This document shows, piece after piece, positions 50,911 through 64,000 of a DNA stretch of 64,000 bases (positions are counted from its first letter, which is position 1; each line of letters begins with the position of its first letter). This stretch comes from the human T2T-CHM13v2.0 reference genome, Homo sapiens: assembly GCF_009914755.1 (NCBI RefSeq), contig NC_060941.1; one strand, written 5' to 3'. The notes under the pieces are model-generated. The model ran no database searches and was not told the DNA's origin. It worked only from the letters and a program-made list of their open reading frames with translations. The translations under genes and the position numbers were made by a program.

Positions 50911-52981
50911 TTAAAAATAGCTTTTGGCATTCTCTGACAATAAAAGGAGTTGCAGCTACAGGTCACCATTGAACATACAAAAACACTGAGAGTATGTTGA
51001 AAGAAACTTTTGGCAAATACGACAGAATCTGAAAAGACTAGAACCAGGTTCCCAGAAATTCATGACACTGTTTAAAACAGCCTGGCTGAGGTTAAAAGAG
51101 ACTCATTGGAGTCTTTGCAAATTTAACATTATTTTTATTCCTATAATAAATATTTTCCCCATGGAATCCATCTGTATCCCTCCCCTCCAATAGCACCTGT
51201 GCTCTTCTGTAATTTTTTTTTTTTTTTAGACAGAGTCTCGCTCTGTCACCCAGGCTGGAGTGCAGTGGCGCGATCTCGGCTCACTGCAACCTCCGCCTCC
51301 CGGGTTCAAGCGAATCTTCTGTCTCTCCCAGGTAGCTGGGATTACAGGCACGTGCCACCACTCCTGGCTAATTTTTGTATTTTTAGTAGAGACGCGGTTT
51401 CACCATATTGGCCAGGCTGGTCTCGAACTCCTGACCTTGTGATCCACCCACCTCGGCCTCCCAAAGTGCTGGGATTACAGACATGAGCCACCGTGCCTGG
51501 CCACTTCTGTAATCTTGAAATGAGCACAGAGAAGCCCACAAGTGCTTTTAAAGCAGCCCTCTCTATGTCCCAAATATCCCCTGTAGTGGGGCCCAATTCC
51601 CCAGCGGTCCCCAAATGACCAGCACTGCAGGCATTTAGGAACTAGATAAAACGTAGACTGCTATTTCTTCCCTCCCCACCAAGACAGCAAATTGCCCAGA
51701 GGGGTATAGGTTGAGGGAGGTTGGGGGCTCAGCTGTGGGCACAGCTGGGTGCAGACCACCACTTAGTTGAGATAATTGCTGGAGGTTTTTGTTGTTTTCC
51801 ATTGAAAGGTGTTGGTTGACTTATGGACCTCAATAAACAGCCAATAGCTATCCCCGAATGACTCAGGCTAGACCCAACCTGAGGCTCTTCACAGTCCAAC
51901 GTGGGGGCCCCAGGCAAAGAGACCTTGAGGAGCAGCTGAGGGCACCTGGGCCTCAGCATTTCTCGGTTGAGATGGCGGCGTCCCTGACAAGCACAGCTGT
52001 TTTCCTCCCCACCCTTCCTCACCCAGCCCAGCCTGGCAATCCACCTAGGAAACTGGCCCAGCTGGTGTGGCCTCTAAATGAGTGGCTGGGTCATGAGGAG
52101 GAGGACTAGCTGGGAGGGAGGCGGGAGCCCCCAGGGGTTCGTTTGCCCACATAGTTCTCAGCTGACTCAAGGCTCGCCTGTCAGGCTTCCCCTCCACTCC
52201 CTGCCACCCTTGAGAACCCCAGGACTCAAAGTTTGGATCCCTCCTTTGGCCTGGAGGGCTCAGGGAGACCTCTGGCTCCGTTCGTGGGGCACTCTGCTGG
52301 GGTGGCCTCTATCAACCAACCCCTGTCTCTGGATCTGGCCTCAGCTCTGCAGGAAGAACAGTTTCTGTTCATTCTCCCAGAAATTCTGGGGCAGCCTCTG
52401 AGATCAGCTTCTCCTTCAGGGAAGCCCTTCTAAGCTGGCAGGTTGGGGACAGGGAGGGTTAGGGGATGGGGTGCTGTGGTGGAGGTCGGGGGTGAGTGCT
52501 GAGATTCTGGGCGCCCCTTCTGTCTGTTCCCGAGGGCAAGCCGCAAATCCTGGGTGGGAATTCTGGCCTGGAGGATCCTGCCATCGGCCAGCCCAGCAGG
52601 ACGTCTGCCTGCAGGACTTTCTTGTCCCTGGAGGGGCCCACCTGGCTTTGGGCAGGTCACCTGGCAGGTAAGGTCTGCCGCTCAGGGCTGGTGAGCCTGC
52701 AGGAGGGCAGTGACCACCCATCTTCCCAGCCTAGAGGAAGGGGAACGCATCTGCTGAGGATTCACGTGGGGAACACGCGCCGCGCGCATGGAGTCAGCTC
52801 CAGCCTCTCTGTCGAGCGGAAGCCCCTGCGGGGGTCGGGGAAGCCCAAGGCCCTCTCTGTGCCCAGCTCCTCCCCTCTGCCTGCCCGCGTGCCCCTCGGA
52901 GCTTGGTGGCACCAGGGCTGCCGTGGGCCTCCTGTCCCACCCCAGGCCACGGCTAGCCCGGCGGCCTCCCTGAGGTGCGGC

Positions 52982-53644
52982 TCACGCCTGCTTCCTCACC
53001 AGCAGCACCCAGGGCAGGATGGCGGCCACCACGGCCACCACAGCGATGAGCGTGATGAGCAGCAGGGCCCGCGATCGGCAGCAGAAGGCGCGGGCGGAGC
53101 GGGGCGCCAGGGAGGCCTCCGAGAGCTCTGCCAGGCTGCGGCGGGGCAGCACGCTGTCCTGCTCCCCCAGGGGCATCCCGTGGCGGCTGATGACAAAGAT
53201 CTGTGACTCCCGGGGCAGGCTGGGCAGCAGGTCCAGGGGGAGCTGGGTGCTCTGGCCCGGGCTGCCTGGCGGCCTGGCCTGGCCTGGAGGTGGCCTCCAG
53301 GCAGAGGAGGAGGCGGCCAGGGGGTTTGTGTGGCCCAGGCTGTCCAGTGGGGGCACGGAGGGCAGGCCCACGGGCACAGCCAGCGTCTGGGAGCTCTTGT
53401 CCAGCATGGAGGGCCAGCGGGAGCTCTTCTTGCTGAGGAATGTGACGTAGCGGCAGATGGGGCAGACCAGGGTCCTCTGGACCTGCCCATCCACGCGGGT
53501 GGACAGCAGGTACTTGACCAGGCAGTCATGGCAGAACACATGGCCACAGCTCAGCGTCCGGCTGGCGCCCTCCAGGTCCCGGAACTTCTCATAGCACACG
53601 GGGCACTCACTGCCCGAGCTGTCCTTGCTCTCCCCTTCTGACAT
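52982..53644 (-). CDS. RNF222: RNF222, RING finger protein 222 (single coding exon)
   Basis: ATG in gccATG context. C3HC4 RING (CPVC...CGHVFCHDC...CPIC), proline-rich linker and C-terminal hydrophobic helix [23 protein letters not shown]. 220 aa. Acceptor ccacag 25 nt upstream (exon starts 53669). Confidence 0.95.
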   Translation of the reverse strand: MSEGESKDSSGSECPVCYEKFRDLEGASRTLSCGHVFCHDCLVKYLLSTRVDGQVQRTLVCPICRYVTFLSKKSSRWPSMLDKSSQTLAVPVGLPSVPPLDSLGHTNPLAASSSAWRPPPGQARPPGSPGQSTQLPLDLLPSLPRESQIFVISRHGMPLGEQDSVLPRRSLAELSEASLAPRSARAFCCRSRALLLITLIAVVAVVAAILPWVLLVRKQA

Positions 53645-54360
53645 GGCCACTGGGAGATGGCACGCTCAGCTGTGGACGGGAAGGGTTGTGAATATTGGGG
53701 CATTTCCTCTTTCCCTCCCCCGTCCTAACTCCCACCTACACCTCTGCCTCCACTGCCCCTTATCCCCTCTCCCTGTCTTCTGCCTCCTCTCTCTTCCTCC
53801 TACTCTTGGCTCTTCTGCTGCTCCTCCTCTATGGCCCACCTGACTCAAACCTAGAACCCAGACCCTTAGGAGGAGAGGAGCAGATGCTTCTGGAAGGGAG
53901 AATCGGGAGACAGAGAACCAGAGAACCCAGTCACACTGGACCCCAGGAGGAGGTGTGTGGAGTTCCTGATGTCTCACCTCAATCATCATGTACACACATG
54001 GTGAGGTCACTGCCTCACCTCTTCCTGCTTCAGTGACGGAAGTGAAGAAAGGAAGTCCCTGTTACCAGGGGAAGCAGGTGGCTAAGAAGATGCATGCACA
54101 GCCCCAGTCCAGTCTCCAATTTGGACCTGCACCCAGAGTGGCCATTTTCCAGAAAAGCCCGTGCTAGTCTCAACCTCTGCCCTCACCTGGGGTTGGCGGG
54201 TCCATTGGATTTCCTCCAGCCATTGGATTGCATTCCTCTGTGCTAAGTGTGGCTATAAAGCAATGACTGTTTAAAAAAACAAAGCTTAGAACTTACACAT
54301 TCAAATGCCTGCTGGCCCTCCACATAGTCACGTCAGGGAGCTTTAGGTTCATTCCCTCAC

Positions 54361-54512
54361 CTGCCACAGCTCAGTCATTCTCCAAATTCTTCTTATGGGG
54401 CTGCCTGAGGCAGTGAGAGAAGCATCTGATTAACCGTGATGGAGACAGAATTTCATCCTTTGAGAATATGTCTGATACTTTGGAAATGCCCAGAAGTCAC
54501 TGGTAGCCAAGT
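54361..54512 (-). other. RNF222: Candidate RNF222 5'UTR exon
   Basis: Acceptor tttcctatcag and strong donor CAG|GTGAGG. Confidence 0.5.
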
Positions 54513-54587
54513 CTGATAGGAAAGTAAATGAGTGATCAAGTGGCATGATATTGTTTGAAATCAAAGCTATGGAGTAGCAAGATATAA

Positions 54588-54935
<348 letters not shown>

Positions 54936-56670
54936 TAAACAGAATCTGAGAGCAGATTTGTTTGATTAACTACATGGCTTCCCAAGTCGATGGCTTTGAA
55001 GGGAAACATCCACTGGGGTGTGTGGTGAGGTCCAAGTGTCCGCACTGAAAAGTTCCCAGTGTCACAACTGTGTAGCCTAAACTTATCTGGAACAGCTTCT
55101 TTAAAAAGAACCATGATTCCTTGTTATTGCTGCTTTCTTCCATCCATGACAGAGACAAAAGACCCCTGGACACACTGATAAAATAGAGTTGCATGGCAGC
55201 CCCCAGACCTGAGAGATGACATAGTGGGAACAAAATCAATGTGTAGGAAGGACAACTGTTAAGATCACAAATCTTTCAGAATCCCTCCCTCTCTTGGCTT
55301 GGCTCCAAATCTATTTTGCCGAGTTGAAAATGTCCCATAGTCAAAGAGCAAAAATATTTGGAGGTGGGATAAGGAATCTGGGATCCTGGAGGAGGCCCCC
55401 AAACCTCTTCGGGAGTTTCTAGCTTTGGTCTTTGAGATGGTCAATGTGGCCCCCAGGATGGGGGATGGGGGTTCAAATCTTTGATCTACCCATTACTGTC
55501 TGTATAAGCTTAGCCAAGTTGTTTAACCTCTCTGAGTCTCAGTTTCCTGTCCATAAGATGAAATTGATAATAATGGTACCATCTTCCTCGGAGAGTTGTT
55601 GGGGGAATTAAGTGAGCTAATGTGAGTGAAGAGTCTGGCTCAGAGTAAGTGCTCAGTAAATGGCAGTTGTCATTATTAAGACAGACCATGTCCTGTCCCC
55701 TCTTCTCCCAAAGGGGACTTGGAGACCCCTGTCACAGCTCTTGAGGCAGCCACAGCATTTGCCTTCCTTTCCTTCCCTCTCATCCCCAAATGTTCCTTAG
55801 TATGTGGATGATTAAAAAATCGCACCCACTTGACAGAGGGCAGCTCACCTCAAATTGGAATAACGGAACAAGATGACAATGGATAAGATAAGTGATGGGC
55901 AATGGATAATAATTTAAATGGTTATTCCAATCTTTCTTGGTAGTTATTTCATAACACATTTGCAAATGTTTATACCAAACAGCCATTATAATCAGGATGG
56001 GCATGATTTTCTTAAGCCAATCAACTATTAATATGTTTCCCTGCATTTCATAACTCCCCAGAGTGTATGATGGCAAGAGTTCCATCCTTCTATCCATCCA
56101 TCCATCTGTCTAATTATTCGACACATATTTATTGAGCACCTGCTATGTGCTAGGTACTGACTTACATATTGGGGATAAGTAGTGGCCAAGGAAGTTCTTA
56201 TAAAACTTTAGAGCCTAGTGGACATTTATAAGTTTTCTTGAAAAAGATATTTTTTTGAAAGGAGTATTGATGATCAATGGTTTAAGTTGTTTGGATAACT
56301 GAGAAGTAGAGACCAAGGCTGACAAGAAGAGCAAATAAGGAATACTAGAGGGAAAAAGGACTTTAGAGATCACTTAGTTGAAGCTCCTAGTTTCAGAGAT
56401 GAGCAGATCCATGTCTAGAGAGAGGGAAGTGAGTCACCTGAGGTGACCGGTGAAGGTGACGGAGAGGGAGTTAACCGAGACAGAGAAGATTCCGTAGATG
56501 GTAGAACATTGTTAGAATCAGCTGATAGATTGGGTGAGTAGGTATTAGCCAAGTTAGAAAGCACCGTCCTCCTTGAGACGAGCAGGGAAGGAGAAGGAGA
56601 GCCTCTACTTTTCATCCGAGTTAGAGGAAAAGTAAAAAGGACCCAGGGAGTGCAGAAGACATCCGAGGCC

Positions 56671-56843
56671 CCAATGATGGCCTCTCTGGGCAATCCTTCT
56701 CCCTTCCAACAATGGCCTCTCTGGGCAATCCTTCCCTCTTACAACGATGGCCTCTCCGGACAATCCTTCCCCCTTCCAATGATGGCCTCTCTGGACAGTC
56801 CTTCCCGCTTCCAACGATGGCCTCTCTGGGCAATCCTTCCCCC
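56671..56843. repeat. 35-36 bp minisatellite, about 5 copies
   Basis: Unit gatggcctctctgggcaatccttcccccttccaac. Confidence 0.92.
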
Positions 56844-57864
56844 GTCCCGTGCTTCCGGAGAGCCACGCCGTCAACACCTGGACGATGCTACCTCCTTCCC
56901 CACCTTCTTGCCTCCCTTTCTCAGTCTTTCCCTGACCCCTCCCTCTGCCTCTCTCGCTTTCTGAATCCCATTCCATTCCCCATCCTTGAGTTCCTCTTAT
57001 GGTATGATTCTGTTTGGATGCTGGGGTGAGGGAGAGGGCAACAGAAGAAATGCAAGGAACATACTCTAGTTTGAGCACAAACGAGTTGAAGAAGAATGCA
57101 GTAAGTGCCAAAGCATCCCTGTTGGTGCCTTAGGAAACTGAGGGGAGAGGAGGGCTGGAAAGTATTCCTAGGTGAAGTGGGACCAGTATTGAGCTAATAA
57201 TAAATAATTATTATTATTTACAACAGCGACCATTTATTGAATCCTAATTATATGCTTGGCATTTTGCATCCCTTCCTCTTCTGATCCTGACAACAAGGCT
57301 GGGGCGTAGGGATTATCTTCATTTTACAGATAAGGGACCTGAGGCTCAGAGCTTAAGACTTTGTCTTCAGACTTTGGTCAAAGGAATAGAAGAAATAGCA
57401 CTGTTAGAAAAGTGACTACCCAAAGTTCCTTCCTCTTTAGGTTTAGAGTGACCCTAAACAAGGATGCCCCTCTGGCCACCTGGGAGGCAGGGGGAAGGCA
57501 ATGGCTGGCCCAAGGGAGCTGACCTTGGGAAGCCCCAGTACTGAGCCTCCCCCACAGCAGTAGCCCATCTCCGGAACAGAGTGTGGGGGCAGGTGTCCCC
57601 ACCCCAGAGAAAACACCCCCCATCCCCACCTCAGCACAGGAGCCAGTGGGACAGAATGATACTTCCAGGCACCTGGGATTCCCTCCTGGAGCCCCAGTGC
57701 AAGGTCCTATAGCTTTAGCTGTGACTAGTTGCTCACCCACAGGTATCTCTTTCTCTCTCTCTCTCAATTTCTCTCTCCCTCATTCTCCTGCATCCTTCCA
57801 ATGTTGGCAACCTTCCAACATTGCCAAGCTCCTTCCCCACGCCCATCCAGGCCCCTAGACTCAC

Positions 57865-58070
57865 TTTAGCTGGGACCGGAGAGAGCAGCATCCACCTTCC
57901 CTCCTGGGGCCTCCAGCAGATCTGAGCCACCCCGAGGTGCTGAGCAGCAGCACGATCTCCTCCTGTTGCTGTTAGTGTGACCGCCACCGCCGAGGCAATT
58001 CCTAATGACAGAGCAGGTCGGGAGGACAGCTCGAGGAAGTGAATGTCGCCCAACCCGTTTGAGGCCAGGA
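57865..58070 (-). other. RNF222: Candidate RNF222 first (non-coding) exon
   Basis: Donor AAA|GTGAGT at 57864 in GC-rich unique sequence. The 5' end is approximate. Confidence 0.45.
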
Positions 58071-59427
58071 GGCTTTGGCGTTGCCCAGGGGGTTGGCAGC
58101 TGCTGGAGTCAGGTGATCTTGCTGAGGATGCCAGGAGAGGAACCCCCAGCTTGAGGAGGAGCCCAGGGGTGGGTGCTCAGGAGAGTCAGAGGGTCTCACA
58201 GTGGAGGCAGTGACCCAGGACCCCTTTGACTGAGGCTCCCCAGGCATGGGTCTCCCTATCAATAGGAAAGTCACCCACACTGTCCTTCCCACCCTCCTGG
58301 ACCCATTTCTGTGATCCCCATCTTCCCCCCACACCCCTATCCTCACACCATGCACAGGGTGAAGGGGTCAGTAGTAGATCAGCCTCGGGAAGTCTATGAC
58401 ACTCAGAGTCATATATTTGTGGGATCTGCCTGTGTGCATTTGTCATTCATGGAACACCCAAAGGCGCTTAGAACTCCAAAGACCCAGCACCACTGGCATA
58501 AAGAATGAGGTGAGTAAGACCAGTGAAGCAGGAATGCACACAGATATGGAAAGAAGTCCCCGGCATCATGATAAATGGAAGCAACTTTCAGAACAGCCTG
58601 TGTAATACAATTCTATTTATGAAGATAATAATACATGATCATATTCATAGAGGAAAAGCTGGAAGAAAACACATCAGACTGTTAATAGCAGTTATCTCTG
58701 GAGAGACTTTCTAAGTTTTATATTTCTGTGATGTTTGCATTTTCACCCTGAATGTATGTTTCTTTTGTGATTAGAGAAAAAGTCATCCACTGGGTATGGT
58801 GGCTCATGCCTGTAATCTCAGCACTTTGGGAGGTTGAGGCGGGCAGACTGCTTGAGGCCAGGAGTTCGAGACCAGCCTTGCCAACATGGTGAAACCCTGT
58901 TGCTACTAAAAATACAAAAATTAGCTGGGCAAGGTGGTGCAAGCCTGTAGTCTCAGCTACTCGGGAGGCTGAGGCACAAGAATTGCTTGAATCCAGAAGG
59001 TGGAGGTTGCAGTGAGTGAGCCAAGATTGCACCACTGCACTCCAGCCTGGATGACAGAGTGAGACTGTCTCAAAGAAAAAGAAAAAGTCATCAAGAATAA
59101 TGGAGGAATGAAGTTCGGGGAACTGGAAATCATTTTGGAGGATTCCCTCCCAGTCCTCTCAGGAGGTCCCCAAGAAACCAGTTTTCTTCTGAAAAAGTAA
59201 GTTACTGGGTCCAAGGCACAGCCCAGCATGTGTGTGACCCCATAGGATGACACAGGATGACCCCTCTTCTGTCCGATCAGTCATGGCCCTGGCTTAATGG
59301 ACACCTTGAAGCTGGTGGGGAGGACAGTCAGGCCAGTGCACTCGGCCACTTCACCATGGACAGAGATCTGTGAGTGCAAGCCGTCGTCACAGTCTCTCTT
59401 GTTCTTTCCCTGGGAGTTCCAGGTGGT

Positions 59428-59926
59428 CCTAGATTAGCAAATGAAAATGCAGTATGCCCAGGTAAATTAGAATTTCAGACAAACAACGAATGCTTTTTGG
59501 TATAAATATGTCCAGTACAATACAGTACAATATCTGGGATTTTTTTTTTTCTGAGACAGAGTCTCGATCTGTCACCCAGGCTGGAGTGCAGTGGCCACAA
59601 GCTCGGCTCACTGCAACCTCCACTTCCTGGGTTCAAGCGATTCTCCTGCCTCAGCCTCTCAAGTAGCTGGGGTTATAGGTGTGCACCACCACACCCCAGT
59701 AATTTTTTTGTATTTTTAGTAGAGATGGGGTTTCGCCATGTTGGCAAGGCTGGTTTTGAACTCCTGACTTTAGGTGATCCGCCCACCTTGGCCTCCCAAA
59801 GTGCTGGGATTACAGGCGTGAGCCACTGTGGCGGCCCTCTGGGACATATTTATACTAAAGAGTATTCCTTTTCTATCTGAGACTCAAATTTAAGTGGGCA
59901 TTCTGTATTTTCATCCAGCAAGTCTA
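59428..59926. mobile_element. MER33-like hAT MITE split by a - strand Alu (59539-59836)
   Basis: tagcaaatgaaaatgcagtatgcccaggtaaattagaatttcagacaaacaacgaat...aaatttaagtgggcattctgtattttcatccagcaa. tctggga is duplicated around the Alu. Confidence 0.65.
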
Positions 59927-60382
59927 ATCCCAGAGGGCTCTCCAAATTTCTCTCCTTCCACTGGCATCTCCAAGGGGCGCATTGCAAAGTTCTAAGCCCC
60001 TTCAACAATGTGGCTCATGACTCTGCCTAGGGCTTTCTGGGGATTCCTGAAAAGGTGCCCCAAATACCTCAGTATCAAGCCCTTGTGTGTCCCCCAGAGA
60101 GGAGACGGAGCCAGGCCCGGCCATCCTTAGACTTTTGTGATGTGATTTATGGGGTGATATAAAGTTCCTAAGGCACCAATATCTTTTCCACTGGCCCTGT
60201 CATGAAGCTTGACTATGAAAATTACCTTTAATATGTAAATATTTATTATCATTGTCTGTCTTGGTTTGTGTTCTAAAAAAAGAATTCTGGCCTGGCACAG
60301 TGGCTCAAGCCTGTAATCCCAGCACTTTGGGAGGCTGAGGCAGGTGGATAATGAAGTCAGGAGATCAAGACCATCCTGGCTA

Positions 60383-60668
<286 letters not shown>

Positions 60669-61149
60669 TTACCTGAGGAGGTAAATGCATCAGCCAGAGA
60701 CACTTTAACTTGAATTTATTTTTCAGGTCAGCTCTAGCCATCTAGCAAGTTTCTGGGAAAGTGGACTGTTGGATTTTGGCAGGAAGAAGGAATTAGTTAT
60801 CAGCAAAGGTTGAGAGCACAAGTATACTAGCCAGGAGGAACTACACTATAGGACTTGATGGTAGGGAGCTCTGGGAAATTAGACCAGTGCATGAGCATTC
60901 ACGAGTGCTCTATGTGTGTTTATGTGTGTTGGTGACTAAAGAGAAAATGCCATGTGCCTTTGGGTAGGTTACTTAATCCTTCCGTGCCTCAGTTGCTTCA
61001 TCTGTAGAAACTGCGCCTCAGTTGCTTCATCTGTAGAAAATGGGGATAATAGTACCTACTCTATAGGGTTGTTGTGACAATAAAATGAATGAATGCAAGT
61101 AATGTGCCTGGAACAACACCTGCTACACAGGAGGGGCTCTGTCAGTGTT

Positions 61150-61600
61150 TTCTATCTATATGTCTGTCTATCTGTCTATCAGTCAATCAATTCATCTGTC
61201 TATCTGGTTTCTCCATTGATCCACCTATCTCAATTGATCTATGTATCTATTGATCTATCTAATCTCTCTCTCTCTATCCTCTCCATCTATCCATCAATCA
61301 ACCTATCCATTGATCCATCCGTCCATCTGTCCATCTATCCATCTCTCTATCTAATCTCTATCTCTCCATTGATCCATCCATGTAATCTCTCCATCAATCA
61401 ATCATCTATCTTTCAATCAATCTATCTCTCCATTGATCTATCTACCTAATCTCTCCACTGATCCATCTCTGTGTATCTATGTATCTACCTATCTATCTCT
61501 CCATTAGTCTATCAATTCATCCATCCATCCATCCATCCATCCATCCATCCATCCATCTATCCATCTAATCTCTCTCTCCAATCTCTCCATAGATCGATCG

Positions 61601-61643
<43 letters not shown>

Positions 61644-61680
61644 ATCTATCCAATCTCTTCGTCTATCTAATATATATATA
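61150..61680. repeat. Long compound (TCTA)/(TCCA)/(TCAA) low-complexity tract
   Basis: Seen directly. Confidence 0.9.
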
Positions 61681-62674
61681 AATATATTTCTTCATTTATC
61701 TCTCTGTATCGATTATCATCGAAATCATCCTTATTATTATTATGGCAAGAAGAGAAGGCTAAAGGTGGGTAAGGAGATGCAAACACTTTCTGACTCAAGG
61801 GTCCTGGCCAATCTTGTCCTGATTTAGTGAATAAGGTGTCTGTTGCAAATACTGCCATGTCATTTTGGAGTGTTCTCCCCTTCTCAGCAGAAAGGACAAA
61901 TGCACGCTGAACCATGGAAGAATGGTTCCAGCTCAGGGACGGACGAGACCAGGGGTCCCTTCCCTGGGCAGGTCATGCTGTAGAGTTTTGTCTAGTTCTG
62001 GGGCCACATTGGAAGTGGTGTTGATGAGGCACCAAAGCGTGTCCTGGGGAAGAGCTTGGCCAGGATGGAGAAGAGTCTGGAGACCATTTTGGCCCAGTGA
62101 CATAAGATCTTCCTTAGAGAGACATTTTTGTGAGGCTAAGGGGCTTTTAGACAAGGGAAGAATCCCACCCCCGCTGACCACTGACTAACTGCAGGTGTGG
62201 TTTCTGCAAGGGGTGAGTAGCTGGACCAGGACAGAAGTTCCTAATGCCAGAATCACCTGGAGAACAGATTACAGAAACTGATTTCCAGGCCCCACTCATG
62301 ACTTGCCGGTCTTGGGAGAGGCCCAAGAAAGTACACTGTACTTATTTTTAATAATTGGATAGATGGATGGATAGATATATGATAATGTAAGAATAGTGCA
62401 TGCTAATGGTGGAATCTAGGTGGTGGATGTATGGATTCTTGTAAAATTCTTTCATCTTTGCTCTATGTTTGGAAATTTTCATAACACATGTTGGAAAAAC
62501 AAAGTACCTTCTTGAATAAGTAATATATTCAGATGATTCAAAAGTTAGAAAGTGGCCAGGTGCGGTGGCTGATGCCTGTAATCCCAGCACTTTGGGAGGC
62601 CGAGGTGGGTGGATCACCTGAGGTCAGGAGTTCGAGACCACCCTGGCCAAAATGGTGAAACCCCGTCTCTACTA

Positions 62675-62850
<176 letters not shown>

Positions 62851-63019
62851 TTAAATGACCTGCAGTGAATATTAATCTCCCTCCCTGTCCCTCATCTGCC
62901 CATTTCCTGTGCATCCCTTCAGAAGGTAACGATCCCTTCAAAAGGATAAACAAAAACAAGACCAAAACAAAAACAAAAACAAAAAACAAAAAACAAAACA
63001 AAACAAGAAAACCACACCA

Positions 63020-63977
<958 letters not shown>

Positions 63978-64000
63978 TTAAGATGGTAAATTTTGTTATA

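Noticed and set aside
52496-53641. Alternative-frame and antisense ORFs overlapping RNF222 (183, 236, 143 aa)
   Set aside because: Expected by-products of a very GC-rich CDS, with no recognisable domains.
56671-56843. CRISPR-like appearance of the 35-bp repeats
   Set aside because: Head-to-tail units without unique spacers in mammalian DNA: a minisatellite.

Overview
This is primate genomic DNA, almost certainly human. The gene order ODF4 (+), KRBA2 (-), RPL26 (-), RNF222 (-) matches chromosome 17p13.1; I recognised this from the translated proteins, not from a database search. All four CDSs were reconstructed with GT-AG junctions and consistent phases: ODF4 257 aa over 3 coding exons, KRBA2 492 aa (degenerate KRAB-A plus domesticated DDE integrase), RPL26 145 aa with a 5'TOP first exon, and RNF222 220 aa (RING plus C-terminal transmembrane helix). 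The rest is very Alu-dense, with a full-length SVA, a twin-primed inverted SVA fragment, solo or truncated ERV LTRs (LTR12, LTR7B, LTR8), MaLR, L1 and DNA-transposon relics, and simple repeats. Nearly all short ORFs in the supplied track are Alu or repeat artefacts. Most notable observations: (1) a frameshifted, still-recognisable lost coding exon in ODF4 intron 1 that would supply about 1.5 transmembrane helices; (2) an 88-bp inverted templated copy that places an AATAAA on the KRBA2 strand; (3) a cryptic phase-0 KRAB exon acceptor allowing an alternative KRBA2 N-terminus or an in-frame RPL26-KRBA2 readthrough fusion; (4) a 5'-inverted SVA; (5) an LTR7B inserted inside a fused inverted Alu pair. 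I found no evidence for a wholly new multi-gene system. Repeat boundaries are approximate and were set by eye.
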